A stretch of 64,000 bases of DNA from an uncultured Methanoregulaceae archaeon (lineage in GTDB: Archaea > Halobacteriota > Methanomicrobia > Methanomicrobiales > Methanospirillaceae), in NCBI GenBank assembly GCA_963701095.1, contig OY969564.1, positions 1 through 64,000 of the forward strand. Direction: 5' to 3'. Below are positions 52,856-63,371 of the stretch, piece by piece. Under the pieces are notes generated by a model. It was not told the origin of the DNA. It saw only the letters and a program-made list of their open reading frames with translations, and did not search any database. Numbering within the stretch: the stretch's first letter is position 1; each line of letters starts with the position of its first letter. A program made the translations under genes and the position numbers.

Positions 52856-54462
52856 ATGACCACCAGCACTTTTTTGAACACTTCCGTAAAAAGGTCACTT
52901 TTCCTGACTGCCCTTGCTTTTTCCGTCTCTGCGTCGTTCGTGGTAGTGAGGGTACAGAGAATATCAGTTTCTCGGATGACACATGTGAGTCCGGTGACGC
53001 TCCCGGCGTGGAGGTAATCAAGACCGTCGGCGACCCGGAGAAGTGTAGCAAGAACAAGCGCTCGTTTCTGGTCGTCTGGCGAAAGAAGAACAAAAAAACC
53101 CTTGGGCCGTGTGTGCACATTCCCACTATGCAACCGTGCAATGATAGCGATGATACCCTGCTCCCGGACCTGAACAGGAAGGCTCGCGCAGGTAAGGATC
53201 AGTTCTGCGCTTTTTTTCTGGTGACCGGACTGCACAGTATTGCAGCCAATATCGTGTACCATTGCTGCGTAGGAAAGCAGAGCTCGGTCGCGGCGGCTAA
53301 GGCAGTGGAGAGGTTTTAAGGTATCAAAAAGCCGGAGTGCCAGGACTCTTACAGTCTGGGCGTGGGCTGCGTGATCCGGTACTCCTGCAGCAAGCTGCTC
53401 AAATGCATTTCGTTCCTCTTTTGCAGGAAGGGTACGACGATTAATGAACGCGGAACGCTGTCCGGAAAGTACCTGTGATTGCAGGTTATTCCAAAAGCCT
53501 GAATGGACAAGGGAGTCCCAATACCGGACACACTGCCGGTACAACAATGCCCGGCGTTTTTCGCGGTTTATCAGAAGCTTTCGGAGAGGAGAAATGGCGG
53601 ATACCGATAGAGCCGGAAGCGAGTCCAGCGGCGTCCGGCGGGCCCTCTGTTTTACAATTGCAAGAGACATGTGCTCGATCCAGACGTCACAATCGTGGAT
53701 ATCTCCCAGAAGATCCTGAAGTTTTTTTATGCGCCCGATAGGTTTTTTGAGATCGCGCCGGAACAACGGCGCATACGTTTCCAGCGTATACCTCAGTTTT
53801 TTGGTTGCGATCCTGAGTGCATGATGCTCGAACACCGCATCCGGATTGTGAACAAAAGGTTCAAAGCGGTATACCTCCTGCAGTCTTCGACCGATCCTTT
53901 CGGCGGCAATAGGAAGAATCCCTTCATATCTTTCCCTGTTTTTTATGGGGGACTGTTGTTCGAGCGCTAAACATGCGGACTGCAGCTGGAGGATCATCTG
54001 GGAATGTTCCAGTTCATCAAGTACGACAATCACGTTTTTCTGATACACCCCTCGCTGTTTCTGGTAACGAGTGAGAAGTGCAGTCAGGGGATTTCCCGCA
54101 TCTGCCTGGTTGCCGGGGGTAGAAGTTGTCCCGGATGGTGCAGGCATCGCCTGTGTTTTAAGATATTTTTTCAGGAACGCTACCTGCACATCATTATCTC
54201 GGGCCGCACCAAGGGCACGGGTTATCTTTCGTATCTGCCGCATCCAGCGACGGTAGTCTTTTTCCGCAAAACAGGAGGAAAAAAGAGGTAAAGCAGCACG
54301 AAGCCTGCGTGAAGCCACCCGCATGCGGTGAACATGCTCAATATCTTTAGCCTCCCTGACTCCGGCAATCTCTTTTGAAAATGCATCGATAAGAGGGAGC
54401 AACCTTCCCATCCCAAACGTGCAAGAACCAGATATGGCTGGTATCGGATCAGGAACCTGCAT
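52852..54462 (-). CDS. CHAD domain + HD domain protein
   Basis: VHRMRVASRRLR, LGAARDNDV, HALRIATKKLRY, LQDLLGDIHDCDV; then HAQTV..MVHDIG..VADGLD. Confidence 0.9.
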   Translation of the reverse strand: MQVPDPIPAISGSCTFGMGRLLPLIDAFSKEIAGVREAKDIEHVHRMRVASRRLRAALPLFSSCFAEKDYRRWMRQIRKITRALGAARDNDVQVAFLKKYLKTQAMPAPSGTTSTPGNQADAGNPLTALLTRYQKQRGVYQKNVIVVLDELEHSQMILQLQSACLALEQQSPIKNRERYEGILPIAAERIGRRLQEVYRFEPFVHNPDAVFEHHALRIATKKLRYTLETYAPLFRRDLKKPIGRIKKLQDLLGDIHDCDVWIEHMSLAIVKQRARRTPLDSLPALSVSAISPLRKLLINREKRRALLYRQCVRYWDSLVHSGFWNNLQSQVLSGQRSAFINRRTLPAKEERNAFEQLAAGVPDHAAHAQTVRVLALRLFDTLKPLHCLSRRDRALLSYAAMVHDIGCNTVQSGHQKKSAELILTCASLPVQVREQGIIAIIARLHSGNVHTRPKGFFVLLSPDDQKRALVLATLLRVADGLDYLHAGSVTGLTCVIRETDILCTLTTTNDAETEKARAVRKSDLFTEVFKKVLVVM

Positions 54463-56541
54463 GGTACCATACCCCTTTATGATCCAGGAACCAGGATTGG
54501 GAGTCAACCGGGTCTTCTCCCGGCGCGGGATGCCTGCGGCAATAGGTCCCGTCACTTGACATCAGCCGGAGCTGGTGGTTATCTTTAAGTTCGGTGTCGA
54601 GTATGATCGAAAGAAGTGCTTTCTTTATGGAAGGATCGGTTACCGGGAAGAGTATTTCCACACGCCGGTCCAGGTTTCGTGGCATGAGATCCGCACTGCC
54701 AAGCAAAACTTCGTCTTCACCGTTATTTCTGAAATAGTAGATTCGTGCGTGTTCAAGGAATCTTCCGACAATCGCACTGACGGTGATGTTTTCGCTAATG
54801 CCGGAAATGCCAGGTCTCAGGCAGCAGATACCACGTACCTGAAGATCGATTTTTACCCCCGCCTGGGAAGCGCGATAAAGTGCGTTGATACATGCATAAT
54901 CCACAAGGGCGTTCATTTTAAAAATAAGATGTCCGCCACCATGTTCACGGTGGTTTGCAATTTCCCGCTCGATTCTCGAAATAATAGAGGACCTGAGCGT
55001 TACCGGTGCAACGGCAAGTTTCCGATAGTCGTTAAACCGGGCATAACCGGTCAGGAAATTGAAAAGATTAGCCATATCATACCCGATATCCCGGTCGCAG
55101 GTAAACATGCCAAAATCCGTATAGACCCGGCTCGTAGTCGCGTTGTAGTTCCCGGTCCCGAGGTGCATGTATCTTCTTATGCCGTCCTTCTCCCGCCGGA
55201 CAACCATACACAGCTTTGCATGCACTTTAAGGCCGACAACACCATAGACCACGTGTACACCCGCGCGTTCTAGGGCACGTGCCCATCCGATATTATTTTC
55301 TTCATCAAACCGCGCCTTGAGCTCGATTAAGGCCGCCACTGCCTTCCCGTTATCCCTCGCCTCCATTAGAGCCTTAACAATAGGTGAATTGGATCCTACC
55401 CGGTACAGGGTAATCTTGATGGCAAGGACACCCGGGTCGTGTGCCGCCTGGCGGATAAAATTGATTACCGGTGAGAAACTGTCATAGGGATGATAAAGGA
55501 GGATGTCTTTTCTTTTTATCGCTGAGAAAATGCTCTTTTCCTCGGCAAGTTCAGGGGGGACGGATTGCTGGAACGGAATATCTTTTAAATCCGGGCGGTC
55601 AAGCGACATAAGTTCCATGAGATCTGCCATACCGACCGGGTGGCCGATCCGGTAGAGCATATGCGAACCAATCCCCAGTTTTTTCTCGAGCATTTGGCAG
55701 GTACTTTCCTGCATTGTGCAGTCGACTTCAATCCTGACCGGCGTACCCGGGCCCGCTGTCCCATGATCTCCTCGACCGTGGTCAAAAGATCGGATGCCTC
55801 GTCCACCTCAATGTCGAGATCGGCATCACGGGTAATGCGGAAGGGGGCAGCGCCGATCACTTCGAGGCCCGGGAATAGCAAGTCGAGATGTGCAGCGACA
55901 AGATCTTCCAGGTAAACGAGATGTACTTGTTTATCGTCACGGTGTCCAGACTCCGGTATCCGTATGAGCCTTGGAAAGAGCCCGGTGGGGACTTTGATCC
56001 GGGCAAAAAGCTCCTTTCCCTTAGGATCGCGGATAGTAATGGCAAGATTCAGCGAGAGATTAGAAATGAACGGGAACGGGTGGGCTGAGTCAAATGCGAG
56101 CGGGATAAGTACCGGAAACACTTCTTCGACAAAGTACGTGCGCAGAGCCTGCTTCTGTTCTTCATCCAGCTCACCATACGTGTGGATAAAAATACCGGCA
56201 GCAGCAAGCCGGGGAAGGATCTCGCTGTTCCAGCATTCAAATGAAAGATCAAGATCCGGAATAAGTGCCTTTTCAATAGCGAGAATCTGCTCAGAAGCGG
56301 TCATCCCGTCAGGGGGGGCCTTAAGCATACCCTGTGCAGCCTGTCGCTGAAGCCCTGAGACCCGGATCATAAAAAATTCGTCAAGGTTGTTTGCAAAGAT
56401 CGCGAGGAACTTAACCCGTTCAAGCAGCGGGTGTCGCTCATCCCGGGCTTCTTCCAGTACATGGTGATTGAACCGGATCCAGCTCAGCTCGCGGTTGATG
56501 TAAAGTGACGGAGAATCCAGCGAAGGTAAACTATCGGTCAT
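54449..56541 (-). CDS. ppk1: Polyphosphate kinase 1 (frameshift ~55745)
   Basis: INRELSW, NLDEFFMIRV, HPFPFISN, HPYDSF, ELKARFDE, KVHAK, GRFLEH, SADLMPRNLDRRVE. Confidence 0.96.
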
Positions 56542-56954
56542 GGTATCACCGTAAAACTGCATACATCATAGTTATGCAGGAGCTTATTGTACTGGGAAGA
56601 TAGGGAGGCGGGGTTTATCAATCCTGCACCCTGTAGGAGACCTATAGCGGTCACAAGAGTGTTACCTTGATGGGGCGTGTCAATATAGTATTCCCAATCG
56701 TTTTTTTCCAACTCGCCATTTTTGATAAATGCTTCATCTCTCCAGGAAGTTTTCAAGATAGATGGCACAGGCTTTGAAGCACCTTTTTTTTGAAACCGAC
56801 ACCGTTTAACCTCAGATGTTTTATATCGAATTTTTTTCAGATTTATGAAATGGTAAAAGGTATCTCACAGATTGGTTCTGTTAATATTGTTTTATTATGC
56901 CAGATCAACGGATAATAATGGAAGACAGAAAATTCGCTTGTTTTCACGTCGATT

Positions 56955-56991
56955 AGTTTCATTTTTTGAAACTTTTATTTTGGTATATATA
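56955..56991 (+). promoter_or_regulatory. Palindromic operator + TATA box upstream of the HTH regulator
   Basis: AGTTTCA-ttttt-TGAAACT (56955-56973), then TATATATA at 56984. Confidence 0.7.
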
Positions 56992-57100
56992 CTGATAGAT
57001 CAAAACTACCGATTATTGAAATTACCGACCCGGTTTTACCGGTGATATAATCCGGTGTTTTCTGGGACCAAAAGGAAATTTTAACAGTGAAGGAGATAGG

Positions 57101-57475
57101 ATGAGAACAGAGAAAGTAACCTATTTTACAGAAAAAGAAGACGAATTTGTAACTCTTCTTATGAGGATTGGAACAAATAAGAATGTAGCAAAGGTGCTCG
57201 TGTTTCTAAACGCCAACCTCAAATCAACCTCTCGTCAGATAGAGCGTGGAACTGATCTTCGACAGTCTGAGGTTAGTCTGGCGATAAAATACATGATATC
57301 CCATGGGTGGCTCCTCGTCCATGAAAAGAAGCATGAACGAAATGCACGATTGGTTAAAATCTACGAACTTGCAAAACCAATCACTGATATCCTGGACTCA
57401 ATTCAGAAAGAACTGGAAAACGAAGCTGATAATCAGCTCATCCTTATCAGGAAGTTGCGTAAGTACAGCGAGTGA
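57101..57475 (+). CDS. Winged-HTH transcriptional regulator (methanogen ArsR/MarR-like family)
   Basis: NVAKVLVFL, TSRQIERGTDLRQSEVS, KIYELAKP. Confidence 0.85.
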   Translation: MRTEKVTYFTEKEDEFVTLLMRIGTNKNVAKVLVFLNANLKSTSRQIERGTDLRQSEVSLAIKYMISHGWLLVHEKKHERNARLVKIYELAKPITDILDSIQKELENEADNQLILIRKLRKYSE

Positions 57476-57724
57476 ATCTCCCCAAACACTCCCCTTTTTC
57501 GCTGTACGGTTACTGTATTAGCGAGGTCTTGTTTCCTGTATTAGGTCAGAAAAAGAACATAAGGAAGAGATTCCATATCAATGAAGGCACAACAACCAAA
57601 AACAGCACCCCAAAGAGGGATCCTCGTTCCCTCAATAAAATACTTCAAAAAGATCTATTTCCCGCACCAGTTACTCCCCTTTTTTTCCTGAAAGAGTGTG
57701 CCGTGCTGAAGACTTCAAGGGACC

Positions 57725-57762
57725 TAGTTTCATTTTTTGAAACTATTGTTGTTGCATATATA
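57725..57762 (+). promoter_or_regulatory. Second copy of operator + TATA box, upstream of the surface protein gene
   Basis: TAGTTTCA-ttttt-TGAAACTA (57725-57745), then CATATATA at 57755. Confidence 0.7.
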
Positions 57763-57840
57763 CTGACAAAACAAATTATAGAATACAGAAATCCTCGCCC
57801 GGATCGATTGGTTATAATCCAGTTTTTTTGGGGTGGACTA

Positions 57841-60585
57841 ATGGGTTCTGGCTATCTTTCGTTGGAATGGTTCGAAATGTGTTGTAATCGATTTAGTCTT
57901 GATTGTGCAGGATTTTTGATTATTGCGTTGCTGTTTGTTGGCTCCGTAAATGCGATGACAGCGAATTTTAATGGGGCGCCCAGAAGCGGAACTGAGCCAT
58001 TACCAGTAAGTTTCACGGATGATTCAACGGGCGGGCCAACCGGTTGGGCATGGTATTTCGGTGATGAAAACTGGCAGACCATCGGTTCAAACTGGACGGA
58101 AATGACCGCCAGCCCCGGATGGAATGATAGTTACTATAGTGCGGCGACATCATTACCTGATGGAAGCATTGTGATGCTAGGAGGGTTTGATAATGTACTG
58201 GACGTGACTCTAAACGATACATGGCGTTCAACGGATGAAGGCGCTACGTGGACTCTTGTAAACCCGAGTTCAGGCTGGCTTCCCCGATATGCATTTCCCG
58301 CCGTTACATTACCTGATGGTAGTATCGTGATAATGGGCGGCGTAGGTAACTATTCTGCCGGGACTTTTCTGAACGACACGTGGCGGTCAACGGATGAAGG
58401 CGCTACGTGGACGGAGATGAACGCGAGTTCAGGCTGGTCACCCCGGGAATATGCCGCTGCAGTAGCGTTACCTGACGGCAATATCACTATCCTCGGGGGG
58501 TCAGCTAATGGCGTGTATTTAGGCGATGTGTGGCAGTCGACGGATAAAGGTGCCACATGGACGAAAATAAATGCTTCCGCTTTTGGTGGTACGGGTCTGA
58601 GTGCTCCTGCTGCTGTTGCTCTCCAAGATGGCAATATTGTCGTAATGGGTGGATACTCAGGCGGTCATGGCAGAACTAGTAAAACGTACCGGTCAACGGA
58701 TGAAGGTAAAACATGGACAATAGTTAATGGAAGTGGCGGTTGGCAAGGTCGAGACCGGTTCCCCGCAGTTCCATTACCTGACGGGAGTATAGTGTTCGCC
58801 AGTGGCTATTCTGGCGCCGCAGCCCTCAATGATACCTGGAGGTCGGCGAACGAAGGCGCTACGTGGACTGAACTCAACGTGTCAGCTCCGTGGCAGGCGC
58901 GAAATGGTGCCGATATGGTTTCTTTACCGGATGGAAGTGTCGTGATATTATCCGGACAGATTGCTACAAATGTAGGTTTTGATGACGTTTGGCGGATGCA
59001 GACCGCATCAGCATTTGGTGAGAATCCGGTTCACATTTATACAACTCCAAGTAATAGTTTTAATGTCACACTCAATGCGTATATTTTGGGTAATATCCTT
59101 GACGAGAACAGCACAACAAAGTTTTTCTTTATCAATCCGGTATCATACCCCGGTTTCACGTCCGTCATTCCCAGTCGCGGATCAGTCAGTATTCCAAACA
59201 CGGTTCTGATTCAGGGTGGGGGGTTCAACTCAACCGGCACAACCCAGGTGATCCTGAGCAGGAGCGAGGGGCCCTCTAGTATAACGCTGAGTACTCCGGC
59301 TAACGTTTCGGTGCTCTCCAATTCCCTGATCCGTGCCACGATTCCTTCGGGCATCGCAACGGGTTTATGGAATGTCAGCGTGATATCACCGCTCGGCTAC
59401 CCTGCGGATAATGCGAGTGTTACGTATATGGCGGCAATAAGTCTGACGGGAATCAACGCGATCAATGGTACACCACAGGTCGGGAGTACGCTCAAGAACG
59501 GTACGGTCGCCCCATCGGGATCAACGGCGATATTCCAGTGGACAGAATCTTCGTCAATTAATGGACCCTACACGAACATTAGTGGAGCGACATTGGGGAC
59601 ATACGTCCTGCAACCCAGTGATCTCGGGATGTATGTTGAGGTCAACGCGACGGGAACCGGGCTCTATATCGAGACGGTCAACAGCACACCGGTTGGCCCG
59701 GTCATCCCTCTGGCCCCGGTATCTTCGTTCACTGAGAACACAACTTCCGGAACCGTACCGTTAGCGGTCCAGTTCAACGATACGTCGTCAAACACTCCAA
59801 CCTCATGGTATTGGGTATTTGGTGACGGATCGACATCAACGGTCCAGAATGCGACACATACCTTCAGTACCTCCGGGACGTATCAGATCAACCTGACAGC
59901 CAGTAACGCCGGTGGATCGAATACATCATCTAACCAGACAATTACGGTCGATGGTCCGGCCCCGGTATCTTCGTTCACTGAGAACACAACTTCCGGAACT
60001 GTACCGTTAGCGGTCCAGTTCAACGATACGTCGTCAAATACTCCAACCTCATGGTATTGGGTATTTGGTGACGGATCGACATCAACGGTCCAGAATGCGA
60101 CATATACCTTCAGTACCTCCGGGACGTATCAGATCAACCTGACAGCCAGTAACGCCGGTGGATCGAACACATCATCCAACCAGACGATTACGGTAACCCA
60201 GTCCGGTCCAACGACAACAATTACTCAATCTTCTGGCGGTAGACCCTCGTATGGCGGTGATGGCGGGAGTAACTCACCAGCTGGAAATACCGGGCCGCAA
60301 AACCCCAATCCTGCTGGTAACACCCAAAACCAAAATACCGGTTCAGGGACCTCCAATACTGGCAATGGTAGAGGAACAGAACAGCTCGGGCCTCTTGAAC
60401 CGGCTGGCGGCCCTGCCACTGTAGTAAACCCGTCGTCTCCCCAGCTCCAGAATCCGATCATAATCACCATTGCCAATGCTCTGCTGACGCTTAAGGAAAA
60501 TCAGTTCTTACTAATCACCGGTGTCGTCGGCATTATCAGTGTTGCAGTCCTGCGAAGATGGTGGATCCGGCGCCAGCAACCTTAA
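57841..60585 (+). CDS. Cell-surface protein: PKD + Asp-box/kelch-like propeller + Ig-like domains + 2 PKD + membrane anchor
   Basis: Signal peptide (start 57841 or 57877), repeated DTWRSTDEGATWT, WYWVFGDG PKD motifs, Gly/Asn/Thr-rich stalk, TM then RRWWIRR. The ORF-track start at 57472 runs through the promoter and is unlikely. Confidence 0.88.
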   Translation: MGSGYLSLEWFEMCCNRFSLDCAGFLIIALLFVGSVNAMTANFNGAPRSGTEPLPVSFTDDSTGGPTGWAWYFGDENWQTIGSNWTEMTASPGWNDSYYSAATSLPDGSIVMLGGFDNVLDVTLNDTWRSTDEGATWTLVNPSSGWLPRYAFPAVTLPDGSIVIMGGVGNYSAGTFLNDTWRSTDEGATWTEMNASSGWSPREYAAAVALPDGNITILGGSANGVYLGDVWQSTDKGATWTKINASAFGGTGLSAPAAVALQDGNIVVMGGYSGGHGRTSKTYRSTDEGKTWTIVNGSGGWQGRDRFPAVPLPDGSIVFASGYSGAAALNDTWRSANEGATWTELNVSAPWQARNGADMVSLPDGSVVILSGQIATNVGFDDVWRMQTASAFGENPVHIYTTPSNSFNVTLNAYILGNILDENSTTKFFFINPVSYPGFTSVIPSRGSVSIPNTVLIQGGGFNSTGTTQVILSRSEGPSSITLSTPANVSVLSNSLIRATIPSGIATGLWNVSVISPLGYPADNASVTYMAAISLTGINAINGTPQVGSTLKNGTVAPSGSTAIFQWTESSSINGPYTNISGATLGTYVLQPSDLGMYVEVNATGTGLYIETVNSTPVGPVIPLAPVSSFTENTTSGTVPLAVQFNDTSSNTPTSWYWVFGDGSTSTVQNATHTFSTSGTYQINLTASNAGGSNTSSNQTITVDGPAPVSSFTENTTSGTVPLAVQFNDTSSNTPTSWYWVFGDGSTSTVQNATYTFSTSGTYQINLTASNAGGSNTSSNQTITVTQSGPTTTITQSSGGRPSYGGDGGSNSPAGNTGPQNPNPAGNTQNQNTGSGTSNTGNGRGTEQLGPLEPAGGPATVVNPSSPQLQNPIIITIANALLTLKENQFLLITGVVGIISVAVLRRWWIRRQQP
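59712..60194 (+). repeat. Tandem duplication of a PKD domain (period 246 bp)
   Basis: 59712-59948 vs 59958-60194: 6 differences in 237 nt by manual comparison. Confidence 0.95.
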
Positions 60586-60848
60586 TGGTTTCAGGAATTC
60601 AACGAATCTTTTCTAGGGAATATCCCATTATTTTTAAAAATTCCGGAGATCTTGCCCCTACACGATACTCCCCTACCGGGGTTTTATTACGAGATCTAAA
60701 TTTATTAGCCTTTCAGCGACGGTCGTCGTTAACAAAAAGCAAAAACAGGGTAACAAACACCATCATTTTTCCTGTCCCGAACAGACCGGTCCTTGCCGGT
60801 ACACAAAAGGCTTCATTACCGGAGCAGCCAAGTATATCGGTAAATATC

Positions 60849-61502
60849 ATGACTGATAATACATACGGTGCAAAACTCCAGCGGGACGGCAAGACCTACG
60901 CGATTCAGACCCGGATCCCGGCCGGTGTCGTATCGCCGGATGACCTGGAAACCCTTGCACGAGTAGCAAAAAAATACGCAATACCCCTTGTCAAGATTAC
61001 CTCCGGCCAACGATTCCTACTTGTTGGTGTACTGGAGAAGGATATCGTCAATGTCAGAAAAGATCTCGGACCGCTCGGAACGGCATCTATCACACCAGGT
61101 GTACGTTATGTCCAGTCCTGCCCGGGCATTTCGTTCTGTAAAAACGGTACACAGGATTCCATCAGTATTGCAAAGGAGATTTCCGATGAGTATGCCGGAA
61201 AAGAGTTCCCGGCAAAGATTAAGATTGGCATCTCCGGCTGCCCGCGATGCTGCGGCGAAAGCCGGGTCCGGGATATCGGTATTATGGGATCCGCGAAAGG
61301 CTGGACGGTCTCTTTTGGTGGGCACAGCGGGTTTAAATCGCGGATGGGGGAGCAGGTCGCCACTGGACTGTCCTCGGAAGAGGCAAAGGACTGTGTCAGG
61401 AAACTACTAACGTTCTATAAAACACATGCCGAGCCAAAAGAGCGTACCTCCCGGTTCCTTGAACGGACGGGAAATGAATGGATAAAAAAAATAATTGATT
61501 AA
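60849..61502 (+). CDS. Nitrite/sulfite reductase-like half protein (ferredoxin-like + 4Fe-4S/siroheme-binding domain)
   Basis: LQRDG..RIPAG, KITSGQR, SCPGISFC, KIKIGISGCPRCC, DIG. Confidence 0.85.
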   Translation: MTDNTYGAKLQRDGKTYAIQTRIPAGVVSPDDLETLARVAKKYAIPLVKITSGQRFLLVGVLEKDIVNVRKDLGPLGTASITPGVRYVQSCPGISFCKNGTQDSISIAKEISDEYAGKEFPAKIKIGISGCPRCCGESRVRDIGIMGSAKGWTVSFGGHSGFKSRMGEQVATGLSSEEAKDCVRKLLTFYKTHAEPKERTSRFLERTGNEWIKKIID

Positions 61503-61530
61503 AAAATTTCCTTTAATTATTGACGTAAGA

Positions 61531-62226
61531 TCATCCATTAAAATTATGGTGCCGGTAGCAGTTTTCGATAAACTCCTGTTTCCGGTGCTCGCTTGCGTTT
61601 ACCGGTGGTTTCAAGTATCCGACAGAAGGAGTCTGCTTTGCCGGGCAAAACGGGCAGAGAGCGGCATCAACATCGTTAGCCTTCTCTTTTACCGGGCAGT
61701 AATAGACACCGTCAATACACTCAACGAAATCTCCTCCGGGAAACCGGAGACCTGCCGGATGTCCTGGTTCCTGCCGGACGATCATGCAGAATCCGGCAAG
61801 TAAGAATTTTAAAAACCGGAGCCTGATGTCTCCGGGTCCGACCCGGCACTGTTCGCATACTATTGCCCAGTATCTCTTCTCTCCATCGGTCACCGGCTCG
61901 TTCATCCGCGCAAATGCACCTGATTGGTCCATGAGCCGGATTGCCTGGTATGTCCCAAGTAAGTGACCGGCAATCGCCGTTTCGAGTTCTTTACGGTACC
62001 CTGGTGAAAGATCCCGGATTGATAATCCAAAATTTTGTTCCATTTTCCGGATGTCACGGGGCTGAAATTGCAGCACAATCCGCGCAAGGAATGCACCAAT
62101 TTCGCCCCGGGTATGGAATGTTTTGAGCATGGTGCAGTCTTTCTGGATGGCGGAAACGATCTGTTCCGGCGGGACATCCTCTGCGTTATAAGGGGTTTCC
62201 ATTGCTGCACCGATTTTTTTGATCAT
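61531..62226 (-). CDS. DUF2115 / UPF0305 family protein
   Basis: EPGHPAGLRFPGG, YYCPVKEK, ALCPFCPAKQ. Confidence 0.85.
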   Translation of the reverse strand: MIKKIGAAMETPYNAEDVPPEQIVSAIQKDCTMLKTFHTRGEIGAFLARIVLQFQPRDIRKMEQNFGLSIRDLSPGYRKELETAIAGHLLGTYQAIRLMDQSGAFARMNEPVTDGEKRYWAIVCEQCRVGPGDIRLRFLKFLLAGFCMIVRQEPGHPAGLRFPGGDFVECIDGVYYCPVKEKANDVDAALCPFCPAKQTPSVGYLKPPVNASEHRKQEFIENCYRHHNFNG

Positions 62227-62409
62227 TGTAATATAAACAGATAACGAAAGGTATCTTTTTTGGTAGAAAATTCTCGACAATACTGTTTTTTGGGTCCGGC
62301 ATAAATGAAGTGCGAATACTCAAAGTAGAGCGTATTTTCGGGTTACTGATAAACGGCTGGTTATTGTTTCTTCCTCACATTCATCTACTTGGAACCCCAA
62401 TAGATCAGG

Positions 62410-62946
62410 ATGGATTCTTTTTTTATCCGATCCGAAATTCCTGAGGATATACCCGCAATTTATGAGGTCAATCTTCAGGCTTTCGGCCAGGATGGTGAAG
62501 CCCGGCTCGTCAGCGCTCTCCGTCATGATGGTGACTATATCCGCGGGCTCTCTCTGGTTGCAGTGCATAAAGACAAAATAATCGGGCATATTCTCTTTGT
62601 CCCGGTATCCATTGAATCGGGCGACATCCACGTACCGGCTGTCGCTCTTGCACCACTTTCGGTATGTTCGGATTACCAGTGTCAGGGTGTTGGATCAAGC
62701 CTTATAAAAGAAGGTCTGCGGGTGTGCCGGCAGCTGGGGCACCGGATTGTGATCGTAGTTGGGCATCCCACATATTACCCCCGGTTCGGGTTCACACCAG
62801 CGTCTATATCGGGGATTAAATCTCCGTTTCCCTGTAAAGATAACGTATTCATGGCATGTCCCCTTGTTCCCGGGGCTCTTGACGGGATCCATGGTACCGT
62901 ACAATATCCCCCGGCGTTCGACACAGAAGGGGCACACGCCGGATAA
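62410..62946 (+). CDS. GNAT N-acetyltransferase (YhbS-like)
   Basis: IIGHILF, LAPLSV, QCQGVGSSLI, VVGHPTYYPRFGF. Confidence 0.92.
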   Translation: MDSFFIRSEIPEDIPAIYEVNLQAFGQDGEARLVSALRHDGDYIRGLSLVAVHKDKIIGHILFVPVSIESGDIHVPAVALAPLSVCSDYQCQGVGSSLIKEGLRVCRQLGHRIVIVVGHPTYYPRFGFTPASISGIKSPFPCKDNVFMACPLVPGALDGIHGTVQYPPAFDTEGAHAG

Positions 62947-63241
62947 AATCTTGTCTTTTCTCATTCTGCCCCTTTCGGTTTACTATATCTGTAAAAAGTC
63001 CTGACTGGCTTCAAGGCGACCTTCACATCAGGTTTATGAACGGACCGGGATATCAACGAGTCTTTGTTTTTCCAAAACTCCACTTTTTCATGCGACCCTT
63101 TTTTCCTCAGAATCATACCACATTCAGAAAGGATCGCATACCCTCCCTTTTTCCTTTATTTGTGATTTTGATATTGCTGATAAACATGGCACCATTCTGG
63201 TGCAGGAAAAATATTTGTCCTTGAGCGATCAAAGTCCATGC

Positions 63242-63334
63242 ATGGCAAAACCAAGCGGTTTTTGTTTGTGCGAAATATCTGATATTCATCTCCCCTATTT
63301 TATTATTCAAATTATTGTAAGTATTCGGGCGTAA
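63242..63334 (+). CDS. Putative Ile-rich leader peptide
   Basis: MAKPSGFCLCEISDIHLPYFIIQIIVSIRA*: 7 Ile; ends 37 nt before the cimA ATG. Confidence 0.45.
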   Translation: MAKPSGFCLCEISDIHLPYFIIQIIVSIRA

Positions 63335-63371
63335 TTCAGCGTCCGATTCAACTTCAGGATGTGTGAAAAAT

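Noticed and set aside
56538..56768. 76-aa ORF overlapping the ppk1 start
   Set aside because: GTG start, no motif, and it spans the probable ppk1 promoter.
57472..57840. N-terminal 123 aa of the 1037-aa ORF
   Set aside because: Runs through the operator/TATA promoter; the signal peptide begins only after 57841.
58200..58880. Repeated GCGxTCAACGGATGAAGGCGCTACGTGGAC units as a CRISPR-like array
   Set aside because: In-frame protein repeats (Asp-box blades) with ~150-170 bp spacing and codon-level divergence.
63036..63224. 62-aa ORF with an LFVILILLI stretch as a branched-chain leader
   Set aside because: Further from cimA, explained by T-rich intergenic composition, and no associated structure seen.
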